Below the pieces are notes generated by a model. It made no database searches. It saw only the letters and a list, made by a program, of their open reading frames with translations, and was not told where the DNA came from. 64,000 nucleotides of DNA from Escherichia coli (lineage in GTDB: Bacteria; Pseudomonadota; Gammaproteobacteria; Enterobacterales; Enterobacteriaceae), in the NCBI RefSeq assembly GCF_016026235.1, contig NZ_CP065613.1; one strand, 5' to 3'. This document shows, one piece after another, positions 52,113 through 64,000 of the stretch (positions are counted from its first letter, which is position 1; each line of letters begins with the position of its first letter). The position numbers were made by a program, and so were the translations under genes.

Positions 52113-52580
52113 ATGAGTCGTCGCGCAGGTACGCCAACAGCAAAAAAAGTGACGCAGTTAGTGAACGTGGAAGAGCACGTTGAAGGGTTCCGCCAGGTCA
52201 GAGAGGCGCATCGGCGCGAGCTTATTGATGATTACGTTGAGCTGATTTCTGACTTGATCAGGGAAGTGGGGGAAGCTCGTCAGGTAGACATGGCTGCTCG
52301 TTTGGGAGTTTCGCAACCGACGGTGGCTAAAATGCTTAAGCGGCTGGCAACCATGGGGCTGATTGAAATGATCCCCTGGCGTGGCGTGTTTTTAACGGCA
52401 GAAGGAGAGAAGCTGGCGCAGGAAAGCCGCGAGCGACATCAGATAGTCGAAAATTTCTTGTTGGTGTTGGGCGTCAGTCCGGAAATCGCCCGTCGCGACG
52501 CGGAAGGCATGGAGCACCATGTTAGTGAAGAGACGCTGGATGCCTTTCGTTTGTTTACCCAGAAACACGGTGCCAAATGA
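52113..52580 (+). CDS. mntR: Manganese-responsive transcriptional regulator (DtxR family), 155 aa
   Basis: ORF 52113..52580. Confidence 0.95.
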
Positions 52581-53695
52581 GCCTGCCTTTTTTACGCACG
52601 CTGCAAGGCGATCGTTTTTTTCAGTTATTAATTCTTGTTGGTATCGGATTAAGTTTTTTCGTTCCCTTTGCACCGAAATCCTGGCCTGCTGCTATCGACT
52701 GGCACACTATCATCACCTTAAGCGGCCTGATGCTGCTGACCAAAGGTGTGGAGTTAAGCGGTTATTTTGATGTGCTGGGGCGCAAAATGGTGCGCCGCTT
52801 TGCTACGGAGCGTCGGCTGGCAATGTTTATGGTGCTGGCGGCGGCGCTGCTTTCTACCTTTCTGACCAACGATGTCGCGCTGTTTATTGTTGTTCCGCTG
52901 ACTATCACGCTAAAAAGACTGTGTGAGATCCCGGTTAATCGGCTGATTATTTTTGAGGCGCTGGCAGTCAATGCTGGTTCGCTACTGACGCCAATTGGCA
53001 ACCCGCAAAATATTCTTATCTGGGGACGTTCTGGTCTTTCGTTTGCCGGATTTATTGCCCAAATGGCACCACTGGCTGGCGCAATGATGCTGACGCTCCT
53101 GCTCTTGTGCTGGTGTTGTTTCCCTGGAAAGGCACTCCAATACCATACGGGGGTGCAAACGCCGGAGTGGAAACCGCGGCTGGTGTGGAGTTGTCTGGGA
53201 CTGTATATCGTCTTTCTGACGGCGCTGGAGTTAAAACAAGAGCTGTGGGGACTGGTGATTGTGGCGGTGGGCTTTGCGCTGCTGGCACGTCGCGTGGTGT
53301 TGAGTGTGGACTGGACGCTGCTGCTGGTGTTTATGGCGATGTTTATCGACGTCCATTTACTGACCCAGCTTCCAGCGTTGCAAGGCGTGTTGGGTAACGT
53401 GAGTCATTTATCTGAACCCGGGTTATGGTTAACGGCAATCGGTTTATCGCAGGTGATCAGTAACGTGCCGAGTACCATATTGTTGCTGAACTATGTGCCG
53501 CCGTCTTTATTACTGGCATGGGCGGTAAACGTAGGTGGCTTTGGGTTATTACTCGGATCGCTGGCAAATTTGATTGCGCTACGTATGGCGAACGATCGCC
53601 GCATCTGGTGGCGTTTCCATCTCTATTCAATACCGATGCTGTTGTGGGCGGCGCTGGTGGGATATGTTTTGTTGGTTATGATCCCGGCCTGGTAA
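52577..53695 (+). CDS. ybiR: Ion-transporter-superfamily (ArsB/NhaD-like) inner membrane protein, 372 aa
   Basis: ORF 52577..53695; 4-bp overlap with mntR. Confidence 0.85.
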
Positions 53696-53705
53696 GGTCT
53701 GGCAA

Positions 53706-53744
53706 ATAAAAAAGGCGGATTATGAGTCCGCCTTTGTTTTACGT
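53706..53744. terminator. Bidirectional intrinsic terminator between ybiR and ldtB (aaaaaaggcgga ... tccgcctttgtttt)
   Basis: Stem-loop flanked by A- and T-runs. Confidence 0.75.
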
Positions 53745-53752
53745 TTTGACGA

Positions 53753-54673
53753 TTAATTCAGACGAACCGGCATCCCGGAACGATTTTTGATCGCTTCATC
53801 AAGAACAACCTGATCAACATCTGGCTGACCGGTCACTGTCTGCACGCTCTTCGTCAGGGTAATTGGCACAATTTCCTGACCTTCAAACTGGGCTTCGGTG
53901 GTAGACAGCGGATTATGGACTTCAATATAACGGCTGCCGTCTGGCTCGGTGGTCGCTTTTACCGGCTCATCAATAAACTGTACGCGGGTACCGACCGGTA
54001 CTTTCTCGAACAGGAATTTGATGTCTTCGTTACGCAGACGCACACAACCATGACTTACACGCAGGCCGATACCGAAGTTGGCGTTGGTGCCATGGATAGC
54101 ATACAGGCGACCGATGTAGAGTGCATACAGCCCCATCGGGTTATCCGGACCTGCCGGAACGACAGCCGGAAGCGGTTCGCCCGCAGCGCGGTACTCTGCG
54201 TGCATTTTGGCGGTCGGCGTCCAGGTCGGGCCTGCTTTCTTACGCTCAACTTTGGTGGTCCAGTTGATAGGCGTATCTTTGCCTAACTGACCAATGCCGA
54301 TCGGCAGCACGATAACGGTGTTGGTCCCTTTCGGATAGTAATACAGACGCATCTCTGCACTGTTAATGACGATGCCTTCATGAACAGTATCCGGCAGGAT
54401 CAGCTGCTGCGGAATGTTCAGTACAGTACCGCCTTTCGGCAGGAAGGTATCCACACCCGGGTTCGCTTCCATCATATTGGAAAGCCCCATCTGGTACTCC
54501 GCGGCAAAATACTCCAGCGGCTGAGTGTTACCTTCAGGAATGGTGATCACCTGATTCTGACCAACCAGGCGACTCCCGTCGGTTGGCAGAGGATAAGTTA
54601 CCGCAGAGGCGGTACTGCAAAAGCCGACAACAGCGAAGGCCGCTGCGAATAATGTTTTCAATTTCATATTCAT
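53753..54673 (-). CDS. ldtB: L,D-transpeptidase (YkuD domain), 306 aa
   Basis: ORF 53753..54673; signal peptide; catalytic SHGC motif. Confidence 0.9.
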
Positions 54674-54891
54674 GTTAAGCGAGATTTTGTGCCTGGCAGG
54701 CCATTGGGTTGAGAATATTAGAGTATTGGAAGCGCATTATAAGTTCATTCCAGCTCACAGTGAAATCAGATGTGTACGAAATCACATTTTTTGCCTTTGG
54801 CTTGAGTGTAGACCTTAAGCGAGGAGCAGGATCTTCTTTCAGACTTATGGCATAATGCGCGGTTTGTCATATCTCTTTTCAGGATACGCCT

Positions 54892-56484
54892 GTGTTAGTT
54901 TCCAGTAACGTCACCATGCAGTTCGGCAGTAAGCCGTTGTTTGAAAACATTTCCGTCAAATTTGGCGGCGGCAACCGTTACGGCCTGATTGGCGCGAACG
55001 GTAGTGGTAAATCCACCTTTATGAAGATCCTCGGCGGCGACCTTGAGCCGACGCTGGGTAACGTTTCCCTCGATCCCAACGAGCGCATTGGTAAGCTGCG
55101 TCAGGATCAGTTTGCCTTTGAAGAGTTCACTGTGCTGGATACGGTGATCATGGGGCATAAAGAGTTGTGGGAAGTGAAGCAGGAGCGCGACCGCATCTAT
55201 GCTTTGCCGGAAATGAGTGAAGAAGACGGCTATAAAGTGGCCGATCTGGAAGTTAAATACGGCGAAATGGACGGTTACTCTGCGGAAGCTCGTGCCGGTG
55301 AATTGTTGCTTGGCGTGGGAATTCCAGTGGAACAGCACTACGGCCCGATGAGTGAAGTTGCTCCTGGCTGGAAGCTGCGTGTGTTGCTGGCGCAGGCGCT
55401 GTTTGCTGATCCGGACATTCTCCTGCTCGACGAACCGACCAACAACCTCGACATCGACACCATTCGCTGGCTGGAACAGGTGTTGAACGAGCGTGACAGC
55501 ACCATGATCATCATCTCGCACGACCGTCACTTCCTTAACATGGTTTGTACCCACATGGCGGATCTGGATTACGGCGAGCTGCGCGTTTATCCGGGCAACT
55601 ACGATGAGTACATGACGGCGGCGACCCAGGCGCGTGAACGTCTGCTGGCTGATAACGCCAAGAAGAAAGCGCAGATTGCTGAGCTGCAATCTTTCGTTAG
55701 CCGCTTTAGCGCCAACGCCTCGAAATCTCGCCAGGCAACTTCGCGCGCGCGCCAGATTGATAAAATCAAACTGGAAGAGGTGAAAGCCTCCAGCCGTCAG
55801 AACCCGTTCATCCGTTTTGAACAGGATAAGAAACTGTTCCGTAACGCGCTGGAAGTGGAAGGTCTGACCAAAGGGTTTGATAACGATCCGCTGTTTAAAA
55901 ATCTCAACCTGCTGCTGGAAGTCGGTGAAAAACTGGCGGTACTGGGTACCAACGGCGTCGGTAAATCAACGCTGTTGAAAACGCTGGTGGGCGATCTGCA
56001 ACCGGACAGCGGCACCGTAAAATGGTCTGAAAACGCGCGCATTGGTTACTATGCTCAGGACCACGAATATGAGTTTGAAAATGATTTGACCGTGTTCGAA
56101 TGGATGAGCCAGTGGAAGCAGGAAGGCGATGACGAGCAGGCGGTGCGCAGTATTCTCGGTCGTTTGCTGTTCAGCCAGGACGACATCAAAAAGCCTGCTA
56201 AAGTGCTTTCCGGTGGGGAAAAAGGGCGGATGCTGTTTGGTAAGTTAATGATGCAGAAGCCGAACATTCTGATCATGGACGAACCGACCAACCACCTGGA
56301 TATGGAATCCATCGAGTCACTGAACATGGCGCTGGAACTGTATCAGGGCACGCTGATCTTTGTTTCACACGACCGTGAGTTCGTAAGCTCCCTGGCGACC
56401 CGCATTCTGGAAATCACCCCGGAACGCGTGATCGACTTTAGCGGTAATTACGAAGATTACCTGCGTAGTAAAGGGATCGAGTAA
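54892..56484 (+). CDS. ybiT: ABC-F family ATPase (two ABC domains, no TM domain), 530 aa, GTG start
   Basis: ORF 54892..56484; two Walker A motifs ([18 protein letters not shown]). Confidence 0.9.
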   Translation: MLVSSNVTMQFGSKPLFENISVKFGGGNRYGLIGANGSGKSTFMKILGGDLEPTLGNVSLDPNERIGKLRQDQFAFEEFTVLDTVIMGHKELWEVKQERDRIYALPEMSEEDGYKVADLEVKYGEMDGYSAEARAGELLLGVGIPVEQHYGPMSEVAPGWKLRVLLAQALFADPDILLLDEPTNNLDIDTIRWLEQVLNERDSTMIIISHDRHFLNMVCTHMADLDYGELRVYPGNYDEYMTAATQARERLLADNAKKKAQIAELQSFVSRFSANASKSRQATSRARQIDKIKLEEVKASSRQNPFIRFEQDKKLFRNALEVEGLTKGFDNDPLFKNLNLLLEVGEKLAVLGTNGVGKSTLLKTLVGDLQPDSGTVKWSENARIGYYAQDHEYEFENDLTVFEWMSQWKQEGDDEQAVRSILGRLLFSQDDIKKPAKVLSGGEKGRMLFGKLMMQKPNILIMDEPTNHLDMESIESLNMALELYQGTLIFVSHDREFVSSLATRILEITPERVIDFSGNYEDYLRSKGIE

Positions 56485-56544
56485 GTTATTATCCGTCACC
56501 CCGATACTGTCGGGGTGACGGCGGCTGATGACAAACGCAAGATT

Positions 56545-56642
56545 GCCTGATGCGCTATGCTTATCAGGCCTACGCAGTACCTGCAATATATTGAATCTGC
56601 AGGACTTTGTAGGCCAGATAAGGCGTTAACGCCGCATCAGGC
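56545..56642. repeat. BIME / REP pair downstream of ybiT (preceded by hairpin gtcaccccg atactgt cggggtgac at 56495-56519)
   Basis: gcctgatgcgctatgcttatcaggcctac and gtaggccagataaggcgttaacgccgcatcaggc. Confidence 0.8.
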
Positions 56643-56724
56643 ATTAAGAAAGCGCATTTGTCAGCAATCTGAGTAACGTCGAATCGATTTTCTTAATCCC
56701 ACATCAATTCACTTACATTAACTC

Positions 56725-57990
56725 TCAAACATCCATGCCCAACGCTCGCTTACCGTGAATGTTGAGGTCGGCAAGCGTAAAGCGTCCTTCCCAGTTTGTT
56801 TCATAGTCCTCGCGCGGGAAGTCGCCCGGCGATGCGCCTTTTTCCAGTGCGGCCTTCACCTTGTGCGCGTAGGCAAGATTTTTCTCGCACATCGGTGCCG
56901 CAGGAATGTACATCACGTTGCCCCAACCCTGTTGATTTTCAACGGGGGCAACGGAATGGATGACGTCGCAGTGCCACCAGACGGAGTCTCCGGCCTCGAG
57001 TTTTGGAATGCTGGTTAACGCCTCAATTAACAGTGGATGCCATTGCTCTGATACCGGCAACACTCTTCCGGGCGCTACGCCGCACAGTTCATCCTCCGGC
57101 ACATCATCAAGCAGCGGACGTAACAGTACGTACGCCATGGCTTCAGGAATGGGCACGACGTGCAGCAGCCCCTGGCCAGGCAGCATATCAGAGAGCGCTG
57201 TCCAGCCCTGGAATGTCCGAAACACGGAACATTTGGTGGTGTTGTCCACCGTGTACTCTTCAACTTCCGTACGATGTGCCGCATGCCAGGGATCATATTG
57301 CGCCAGATTGCCATTAAAGACGTTGGCGAAAACGCGCTGATACGCTGGAAGCAGCCAGCGTTCCAGTGCCCCAGAGTCGGTATGCGCTCCAAGACCTTTG
57401 GAGGTCGTTCCGGGCGGACGGCGGCGGATACGGTCAGGGTAGATGACGCTCACATCCGGGTTAAACCATTGCTTTCCATCACTTTCAAATGTCCACAGAC
57501 GATTGAGAAACGACTGCGCATTCGCCATTTCTTCACTCTGGCGAGCCTGCATTTGCGCCTGCGACCAGTAGATGGGGTAAATCTCGGGACGTGAAGCGCT
57601 GAGCGTCCCGAAGAAATTATCGCCGGGGCCTTTGTAGACCTCGTCAAAGCGGTTGCGGTCCAGATAGTCCAGCATCGACTGATCCCAGCCTAGCGCTTGT
57701 TCGCGGGGGAAATGGCCTTTTATCACCGCACAACCGCGACGTTTAATCTGTTCGCGCTGCTCTGCAGTAACATGACCTGCTTTGATATCGGCATAAGACA
57801 GCACCGGCCAGACGGCATCGCCCTGTGCTTTGAGTGCGTTGATTTCAGCCACTCGCGTGGCAATGTCATCGCTTAGCTGATTAAAGATCTGCTGGACGTC
57901 GCCAAGCTGCGCCCGCAGCGCGTGCTTCATCTGACGGATAGCTGCTTTGTGATCGGCAGGCAATGTGTCGCTGGTAAAAGTAGTAGCCAT
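56725..57990 (-). CDS. ybiU: DUF1479-family protein YbiU, 421 aa
   Basis: ORF 56725..57996 trimmed to MATTFTSDTLPADHK. Confidence 0.85.
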   Translation of the reverse strand: MATTFTSDTLPADHKAAIRQMKHALRAQLGDVQQIFNQLSDDIATRVAEINALKAQGDAVWPVLSYADIKAGHVTAEQREQIKRRGCAVIKGHFPREQALGWDQSMLDYLDRNRFDEVYKGPGDNFFGTLSASRPEIYPIYWSQAQMQARQSEEMANAQSFLNRLWTFESDGKQWFNPDVSVIYPDRIRRRPPGTTSKGLGAHTDSGALERWLLPAYQRVFANVFNGNLAQYDPWHAAHRTEVEEYTVDNTTKCSVFRTFQGWTALSDMLPGQGLLHVVPIPEAMAYVLLRPLLDDVPEDELCGVAPGRVLPVSEQWHPLLIEALTSIPKLEAGDSVWWHCDVIHSVAPVENQQGWGNVMYIPAAPMCEKNLAYAHKVKAALEKGASPGDFPREDYETNWEGRFTLADLNIHGKRALGMDV

Positions 57991-58141
57991 AACCACCTCG
58001 CATTAACTTTCATTCGAAACTAGGTTGATTTACATATGACAATATAAGTTATAAATAAGTTAATGCAAGTTTAATGATTTGATGTGATGTACAGGATGTA
58101 AAAAGAAGGGAAAACCGGAGCGCATGGCTCCGGTAGAGAGG

Positions 58142-58957
58142 TCAGCTGTTAAAAGGGGATGTGTTATCCAGCACAGCCTGAATCACATTCAGCGCGCCTT
58201 CATGATTATTATCATCGGTAGCGTAACGGGCGATTTGTTTAATGTTTTCCGTAGCATTGCCCATCGCAAAGGAATAACGCGCCATTTTCAGCATCTCCGC
58301 ATCGTTACCGCTGTCGCCAATCGCTACCACATTTTGCGGTGACAGATCCCAGCGTTTCAGTAACCGCGAAATACCGTTTGCTTTATGTAGACCGGGAATA
58401 ATCAGGTCGATAAAGCCAAAACCACTGGTAACGGGTTTCATAATGCCATCCAGTGCTATGTGCAGTTTGTCGATCACTAACGGGATTTGTTCATCTGGCA
58501 GGTTGAGCGAAAACTTGAACAGTACGTCGTCAATCTCCTGATAATCTTTTACAGCTTTCAGGCGATGGTAGTGTTTTGCCATCAGTGCGACAAATGCTTC
58601 GGGGGCATTTTCGCTGACATATGCACTTTGCAGACCGCAGGCGACAAAATTGAGTTGCTTATCTTTTAGCAACTCGCCAATAACAATCCGCGATTCATGT
58701 CGGGTCAGTTCGCCGTGGAACAGTTGCTTGCCATGTTCGTAAACCAGTGCGCCGTTTTCCGCGACAAAAGAGATCTCATCCTTTAGCTCAGGAAAGAACG
58801 AAATAAGCTGGTAATACTGATTACCGCTGGCGACAACGAACTCAATGCCGCGCTTTTTCAGTTCCTGATATTGCGCCATAAAACGTGGTTGGTTGTACGT
58901 TTTGGCGTCGTTAAGAAAAGTACCGTCCATGTCTGTGACGATAACTTTTACGCTCAT
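58142..58957 (-). CDS. ybiV: HAD-superfamily Cof-type sugar phosphatase, 271 aa
   Basis: ORF 58142..58957; DxD motif (VTDMDGT). Confidence 0.9.
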   Translation of the reverse strand: MSVKVIVTDMDGTFLNDAKTYNQPRFMAQYQELKKRGIEFVVASGNQYYQLISFFPELKDEISFVAENGALVYEHGKQLFHGELTRHESRIVIGELLKDKQLNFVACGLQSAYVSENAPEAFVALMAKHYHRLKAVKDYQEIDDVLFKFSLNLPDEQIPLVIDKLHIALDGIMKPVTSGFGFIDLIIPGLHKANGISRLLKRWDLSPQNVVAIGDSGNDAEMLKMARYSFAMGNATENIKQIARYATDDNNHEGALNVIQAVLDNTSPFNS

Positions 58958-59102
58958 AGGTGTGCTCCTGGCTCGAAAATGAAACCGTAACAGTGTAATA
59001 ACAATGTGACGCAGAGCACAAATTATATTTCGAATGAAAGTAAGGATGAAATTGATGATGTGAATGATTTAGCCCAGCGACGCCGCAGCCGGGCCGAAGA
59101 GA

Positions 59103-61535
59103 TTACAGCATATGTTCAGTACGAGCGATGATATCGTCCTGAGCGTCTGGAGAGAGCGCGGTGAAGAAGGCGGAATAACCCGCGACACGCACTACCAGAT
59201 CGCGGTACTGATCCGGATGTTTTTTCGCCTCCAGCAGCGTTTCGCGGGAAACGATGTTGTACTGAATATGCCAGCCTTTATGCACCTCGAAGAAGGTGCG
59301 CAGCAGGATCATCAGCTTCTGCTTGTCAGATTCGTTCTCCAGCGTTGCCGGATTCAGTTTCTGGTTGAGCAACACGCCGCCGAGAATCGCTGCCGTAGGC
59401 AGTTTACCCACCGAGCCAATGACCGCAGTAGGGCCAAGATGATCAGTACCGGAAGCCGGGCTTGCGCCTTCTGCCAGCGGGGTGTGGGCTTTACGCCCGT
59501 CCGGCGTTGCCATAGTTTGCGCGCCAAACGGTACGTTAGCGGAGATAGACGACGTACCCGCGTAATAGTTGCCGCCAACCGGACCACGACCGTAGCGCGG
59601 GTTATGGTACTGCTTCAGTTCGTCGATATAGGTCTGATAAGCGCGAGCCAGCAGCGTATCGACAGTATCATCGTCGTTGCCGTACTTCGGCGCACCGTTA
59701 ATCAGCCGCTGACGCAGTTGCTCATGAGTCAGGCCGTCGAAGTCATCCGCCAGTGCGGCAGCCAGCTGTTGCTGACCAATCGCGCCCTGTTCAAATACCA
59801 GTTTCTTCACGGCCACCAGGCTGTTGCCGAGGTTGGCAATGCCAACCTGCAGGCCAGAAACCCAGTCATATTTCGCGCCGCCTTGCTTGATGCTTTTCGC
59901 TCGCTCAATACAGTCATCCACCAGCGCCGAGCAGAGAATATCGTGCACGTTCTCTTCCAGCATGGTGTCGACGACATATTCGATTTCGATTGATTTACGC
60001 GTGTAGTAACGGATTTGCGTATCCCACGCGTCCATTACTTCATCGAAATTGTTAAAGTTACCCGCTGACAACGCTTTTTCTTGTGGCAGGAACACTTTGC
60101 CGCTGGTGGCATCCCGACCGCCTTCCAGCGCCGCCAGCATCACGCGGGCGAAGTTGATAAAGCTCATACCGGTACAGCGATACCCCCATTTGCCACCGAC
60201 GGCGGTTTCGATACAACCAATCGCTGCGTAGTCGTAAGCGTCCTGCGGTTCAATACCGAGTTTAATAAATTCCGGGATGACGATTTCGTCGTTGTTGAAG
60301 GCAGGCATCCCGAAGCCGCAACGGATCACCTGTACGCAGGCGTCGAGGAAATCGTTGCTCATTCCCGCGTGGTAACGCACGCTGAGGTTAGGCTGAGTGG
60401 AACGCAGGCGACCGCAGGATTCGAGGATCGCGTAAGAGAGTGGATTCACCGCGTCCATTGGTTGACCATCAACCAGAGTTTGTCCGCCAATGGTGACGTT
60501 CTGATACAGAGGACTTCCCGCAGAGGCTTTTGAGTGTGAGCCTGAGCGGATTTTGTTCACTTCCAGCAATTTCAACCAGCAGCTATGCAGCATCTCGATG
60601 GCGTGTTCGCGATCCAGTGTCTGGTTCAGTTCAACGTCGCGGTGATAATACGGGTACAGATACTGATCCATACGACCAAAAGATACTGAGTGACCGTTAG
60701 ATTCGATCTGCAAAATCAACTGGATGAAGTAACACAGTTGCAGCGCCTGCCAGAAAGTCTGCGGCGGTTGGTGGGCGATAAGATCGCAGTTTTCTGCTAT
60801 CGCTAGCAGTTCATCGCGACGGTTTTCGCGAGTTTCGGTCGCGGCCATTGCACGCGCCAGGGCAGCGAAACGTTCAATGTGTTCACTGACCGCCACCAGC
60901 ACGATATCAATCGCTTTCAGGAACTGTTCGCCGTGCAGATCTTCCAGCACCGTCAGATTGATGCGCGAGCGACGCTCTGCCACTTTCTCGCGCAGACCAT
61001 CAAGCCCTTTTTCCAGCAGCAGCGGGAAATTGACCGCCAGGTGCGCATCGCCGGAGGTCATATTGCCTTCCGCTTTAATGATTCCGGTCGCCAGCAGACC
61101 TTTTTGCTCATCGGTAAACATGCCGTAGCAGCGATCCTGTACGGTCTGACCGCGCCACCACGGGCACACTTCATGCAGAACGCGTTTGTTCTCTTCGCTC
61201 ACCGCAAAACCAGCACCGGGACGATCCGCCAGATCATCAATCTCTTTTTCGATCCAGGAGACAGTATATTCCGGGAAGATCGGCGCGGCGCGAACTTCGC
61301 TTGCCTGGTTGCCGATGATCAACTCATCGTGCTTGATCCAGATGGTGCGATTCGCCAGGTGATGCGCCAGTGCCAGCGCGCGACGTACCGGGATCGGCTT
61401 ATCGAGATGTTGTTGATACATCTCGGTATAGTGCTGCGCGCGCTCGGTACAGACTGGCGGTTTCACAATATGCACCAGCGCATTTTTGTGTGCTTTAATG
61501 CGGTCGCTGAGCGTGTCCAGTTTCAGTGTGGTCAT
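59103..61535 (-). CDS. ybiW: Pyruvate formate-lyase-like glycyl radical enzyme, 810 aa
   Basis: ORF 59103..61535; C-terminal glycyl radical motif (..RVAGYSA..). Confidence 0.9.
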   Translation of the reverse strand: MTTLKLDTLSDRIKAHKNALVHIVKPPVCTERAQHYTEMYQQHLDKPIPVRRALALAHHLANRTIWIKHDELIIGNQASEVRAAPIFPEYTVSWIEKEIDDLADRPGAGFAVSEENKRVLHEVCPWWRGQTVQDRCYGMFTDEQKGLLATGIIKAEGNMTSGDAHLAVNFPLLLEKGLDGLREKVAERRSRINLTVLEDLHGEQFLKAIDIVLVAVSEHIERFAALARAMAATETRENRRDELLAIAENCDLIAHQPPQTFWQALQLCYFIQLILQIESNGHSVSFGRMDQYLYPYYHRDVELNQTLDREHAIEMLHSCWLKLLEVNKIRSGSHSKASAGSPLYQNVTIGGQTLVDGQPMDAVNPLSYAILESCGRLRSTQPNLSVRYHAGMSNDFLDACVQVIRCGFGMPAFNNDEIVIPEFIKLGIEPQDAYDYAAIGCIETAVGGKWGYRCTGMSFINFARVMLAALEGGRDATSGKVFLPQEKALSAGNFNNFDEVMDAWDTQIRYYTRKSIEIEYVVDTMLEENVHDILCSALVDDCIERAKSIKQGGAKYDWVSGLQVGIANLGNSLVAVKKLVFEQGAIGQQQLAAALADDFDGLTHEQLRQRLINGAPKYGNDDDTVDTLLARAYQTYIDELKQYHNPRYGRGPVGGNYYAGTSSISANVPFGAQTMATPDGRKAHTPLAEGASPASGTDHLGPTAVIGSVGKLPTAAILGGVLLNQKLNPATLENESDKQKLMILLRTFFEVHKGWHIQYNIVSRETLLEAKKHPDQYRDLVVRVAGYSAFFTALSPDAQDDIIARTEHML

Positions 61536-61540
61536 GGTTG

Positions 61541-62440
61541 TTATCCTCGTAAGGTCGCGGTTAACCCTTTCTGGCAGGCATACTGCTGGGCAAAGTCGAG
61601 CAGTTCTGGCGCATCAAGCGGTTTTTCCGGGGCGTCATAGGGCAGATTAAGTAAGTGATATTTGTTGATGCCCAGCGTGTGGTAGGGCAGGAAATGAATT
61701 TCGCCAACGTGCAGCTCGTCGGCGGCAAAATCGGTAATGGCTTTTACAGAGGTTTCGTCGGCATTAAAGCCCTGAATCAGCGGCACGCGGATAATGATTT
61801 TTTTGCCCGCTGCGGCGAGTTTTTTCAGGTTATCCAGCACCCTGGCGGCGTTACCGTCGGTCCACTGTTTAAACAGCGCGTCGGCAACGTGTTTTAAATC
61901 GGCAAGAAACAGATCGATATAGGGCAGAGAAGGGGTGATATATTTCCACGGCACATGCAGACAGGTTTCTACCGCAGTATGAATGCCGGCCTCGTGGCTG
62001 GCTTGCAGTAGCGCCGTCGCCATTTCCGGCTGCATAAAGGGTTCACCGCCAGAAAGTGTTAAGCCGCCGCCGCTGCGATCGTAAAACGGTTTATCGCGCA
62101 AAACGGTCGCCATGATCTCCTCAACGCTTTTCACTTCACCACACACGGTTAACGCCTGTGTCGGGCAGCAGTCGGTCAACGCCGTCAGATGCTCCGGGGT
62201 TAACTTTTCCCGATGAATAAGCAAACCATTCAACGCGCGCTCAATCACGTCCGGCGCGGCCTTAGCGCACAGCTCGCAGCCTTCCAGACACAGTCGTGCG
62301 TCATACAGCAGATCCTGCGTGCGGGCGCGGCTTTCCGGGTTCTGACACCAGCGGCAGCCCAGCGAACAGCCTTTAAGAAATACGACCGTGCGGATACCGG
62401 GGCCATCATGGGTCGAGTAGCGCTGAATATTGAAAATCAT
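61541..62440 (-). CDS. ybiY: Glycyl-radical-enzyme activating protein (radical SAM), 299 aa
   Basis: ORF 61541..62440; CxxxCxxC (CSLGCRWC). Confidence 0.9.
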   Translation of the reverse strand: MIFNIQRYSTHDGPGIRTVVFLKGCSLGCRWCQNPESRARTQDLLYDARLCLEGCELCAKAAPDVIERALNGLLIHREKLTPEHLTALTDCCPTQALTVCGEVKSVEEIMATVLRDKPFYDRSGGGLTLSGGEPFMQPEMATALLQASHEAGIHTAVETCLHVPWKYITPSLPYIDLFLADLKHVADALFKQWTDGNAARVLDNLKKLAAAGKKIIIRVPLIQGFNADETSVKAITDFAADELHVGEIHFLPYHTLGINKYHLLNLPYDAPEKPLDAPELLDFAQQYACQKGLTATLRG

Positions 62441-62570
62441 AGTTGCCTCTCTGTTTCGTTCAAATATTAAAATACTTTCGAATGAAAGTTAGATTGATGT
62501 GCGTCAACTGTTCAGAGAGTTTTCCCGTGATAGTCTACATTCAGACAAAAAGTACATTTTGAGGATGGTT

Positions 62571-63233
62571 ATGGAACTGTATCTGGATACTTCAGACGTT
62601 GTTGCGGTGAAGGCGCTGTCACGTATTTTTCCGCTGGCGGGCGTGACCACTAACCCAAGCATTATCGCCGCGGGTAAAAAACCGCTGGAGGTTGTGCTTC
62701 CGGAACTTCATGAAGCGATGGGCGGTCAGGGGCGTCTGTTTGCCCAGGTAATGGCTATCACTGCTGAAGGGATGGTGAATGACGCACGTAAATTGCGTTC
62801 TATTATTGCGGATATCGTGGTGAAAGTTCCGGTGACCGCCGAGGGGCTGGCAGCGATTAAGATGTTAAAAGCGGAAGGGATTCCGACGCTGGGAACCGCG
62901 GTATATGGCGCGGCACAAGGGTTGATGTCGGCGCTGGCAGGTGCAGAATATGTTGCGCCTTACGTTAATCGTATTGATGCTCAGGGCGGTAGCGGCATTC
63001 AGACTGTGACCGACTTACACCAGTTATTGAAAATGCATGCGCCGCAGGCGAAAGTGCTGGCAGCAAGTTTCAAAACCCCGCGTCAGGCGCTGGACTGCTT
63101 ACTGGCAGGGTGTGAATCAATTACTCTGCCGCTGGATGTCGCACATCAGATGATTAGCTATCCGGCTGTCGATGCCGCTGTGGCGAAGTTTGAGCAGGAC
63201 TGGCTGGGGGCGTTTGGCAGAACGTCGATTTAA
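62571..63233 (+). CDS. fsaA: Fructose-6-phosphate aldolase 1, 220 aa
   Basis: ORF 62499..63233 trimmed to [14 protein letters not shown] with SD gagga. Confidence 0.9.
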   Translation: MELYLDTSDVVAVKALSRIFPLAGVTTNPSIIAAGKKPLEVVLPELHEAMGGQGRLFAQVMAITAEGMVNDARKLRSIIADIVVKVPVTAEGLAAIKMLKAEGIPTLGTAVYGAAQGLMSALAGAEYVAPYVNRIDAQGGSGIQTVTDLHQLLKMHAPQAKVLAASFKTPRQALDCLLAGCESITLPLDVAHQMISYPAVDAAVAKFEQDWLGAFGRTSI

Positions 63234-63308
63234 CCGGACGTTCTGCATCCTCATAAATTGCTGATGACGTGGCGGAGTGCCGCGTCTTATCCGGCCTGGA
63301 GGTGGCAA

Positions 63309-64000
63309 TTACTGCCCGCACACCTCACACCCCGGATTGCGCATCAGTTTCATTTCGCGAAACTGACAGGTCATCGCATCGTACATGACGATTTTCCCGC
63401 TGGCCGGTTTACCATAACCTGCCAGCAGTTTGATCGCTTCCATTGCCTGCAACGAACCAATTACGCCGATCAACGGTGCCATCACGCCTGCTTCTACGCA
63501 GGTTAACGCGTTCTCGCCAAACAAACGGCTGAGGCAGCGATAGCAAGGCTCGCCGTCCTGATAAGTGAAGATCGTGATTTGACCTTCCATACGAATTGCC
63601 GCGCCGGAAACCAGCGGCACCTTCGCGGCAAAACAGCCTGCGTTCAGTTGATTACGTACCGCAACGTTATCCGTACAGTCGAGCACAAGATTGTGTTCAG
63701 CAATCAATGCTGCAAGTTCTGCGTCATCCAGCAGTGCATTGACTGGCGTAATCGCGATATGTGGGTTGATCCGCGTCAGGGCGTCACGGGCGGATTCCAC
63801 CTTCGGTTGCCCGACCGTGGCATCACTGTGCAGTGTCTGGCGTTGCAGATTCGAGAGCGAAACCGTGTCGAAGTCGAGCAGCGTCAGGTTGCCGACACCG
63901 GCGCTTGCCAGATACTGCGAAGCTGCGCAGCCGAGTCCACCGAGGCCGACTACCAGCACACGAGAATCTTTTAGCGCCTCCTGACCGTCAAAATCAAAAC
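63309..64000 (-). CDS. moeB: Molybdopterin-synthase adenylyltransferase, partial (N-terminus beyond the window end)
   Basis: ORF 63309..63959 continues in frame to the window edge; ThiF/MoeB fold with C-terminal CxxC pairs. Confidence 0.85.
   Translation of the reverse strand, partial: FDFDGQEALKDSRVLVVGLGGLGCAASQYLASAGVGNLTLLDFDTVSLSNLQRQTLHSDATVGQPKVESARDALTRINPHIAITPVNALLDDAELAALIAEHNLVLDCTDNVAVRNQLNAGCFAAKVPLVSGAAIRMEGQITIFTYQDGEPCYRCLSRLFGENALTCVEAGVMAPLIGVIGSLQAMEAIKLLAGYGKPASGKIVMYDAMTCQFREMKLMRNPGCEVCGQ

Noticed and set aside
54895-55689. 264-aa minus-strand ORF inside ybiT
   Set aside because: Antisense to ybiT
59112-61640. Two long plus-strand ORFs (293 and 253 aa) opposite ybiW/ybiY
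   Set aside because: Antisense to glycyl-radical enzyme genes with strong family signatures; Arg-rich translations

Overview
Read by eye, without tools, this window is a Shigella/EIEC-type chromosome segment: the right end of a lambdoid prophage integrated at the lambda attachment site (1..4461), followed by a long block syntenic with E. coli K-12 (ybhB, bioABFCD, uvrB, ybhK, moaABCDE, ybhL ... fsaA, moeB). Gene identities and start codons come from recalled protein families and K-12 N-termini, not from any search; several ORF-track entries were trimmed of N-terminal extensions. The prophage end carries a frameshifted side tail fibre gene, a tail-fibre-assembly-position gene, and an ipaH-family type III effector gene (leucine-rich repeats plus NEL E3 ubiquitin ligase domain) with a MxiE-box-like motif upstream, then a lambda-like sib/tI hairpin and an attR junction (P arm, 15-bp core, bacterial B' arm). 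In the core block, fiu is inactivated twice: by a complete 1426-bp IS4 with a 12-bp target duplication and by a separate 1-bp frameshift. The best candidate for something undescribed is a low-GC islet between ybhL and ybhN (about 18030..19031) encoding a 114-aa membrane protein and an acidic hydrophilic protein of about 196 aa that is split or frameshifted; I could not assign either to a family, and it may simply be a divergent form of the K-12 ybhM locus. I also mapped mntS (42 aa, absent from the ORF track), several operators and boxes (bioO, LexA, DnaA, Fur, NtrC/sigma54, ModE, MntR, CecR-like), a Moco-riboswitch region, REP/BIME clusters and intrinsic terminators. No CRISPR array, tRNA or rRNA gene was seen.
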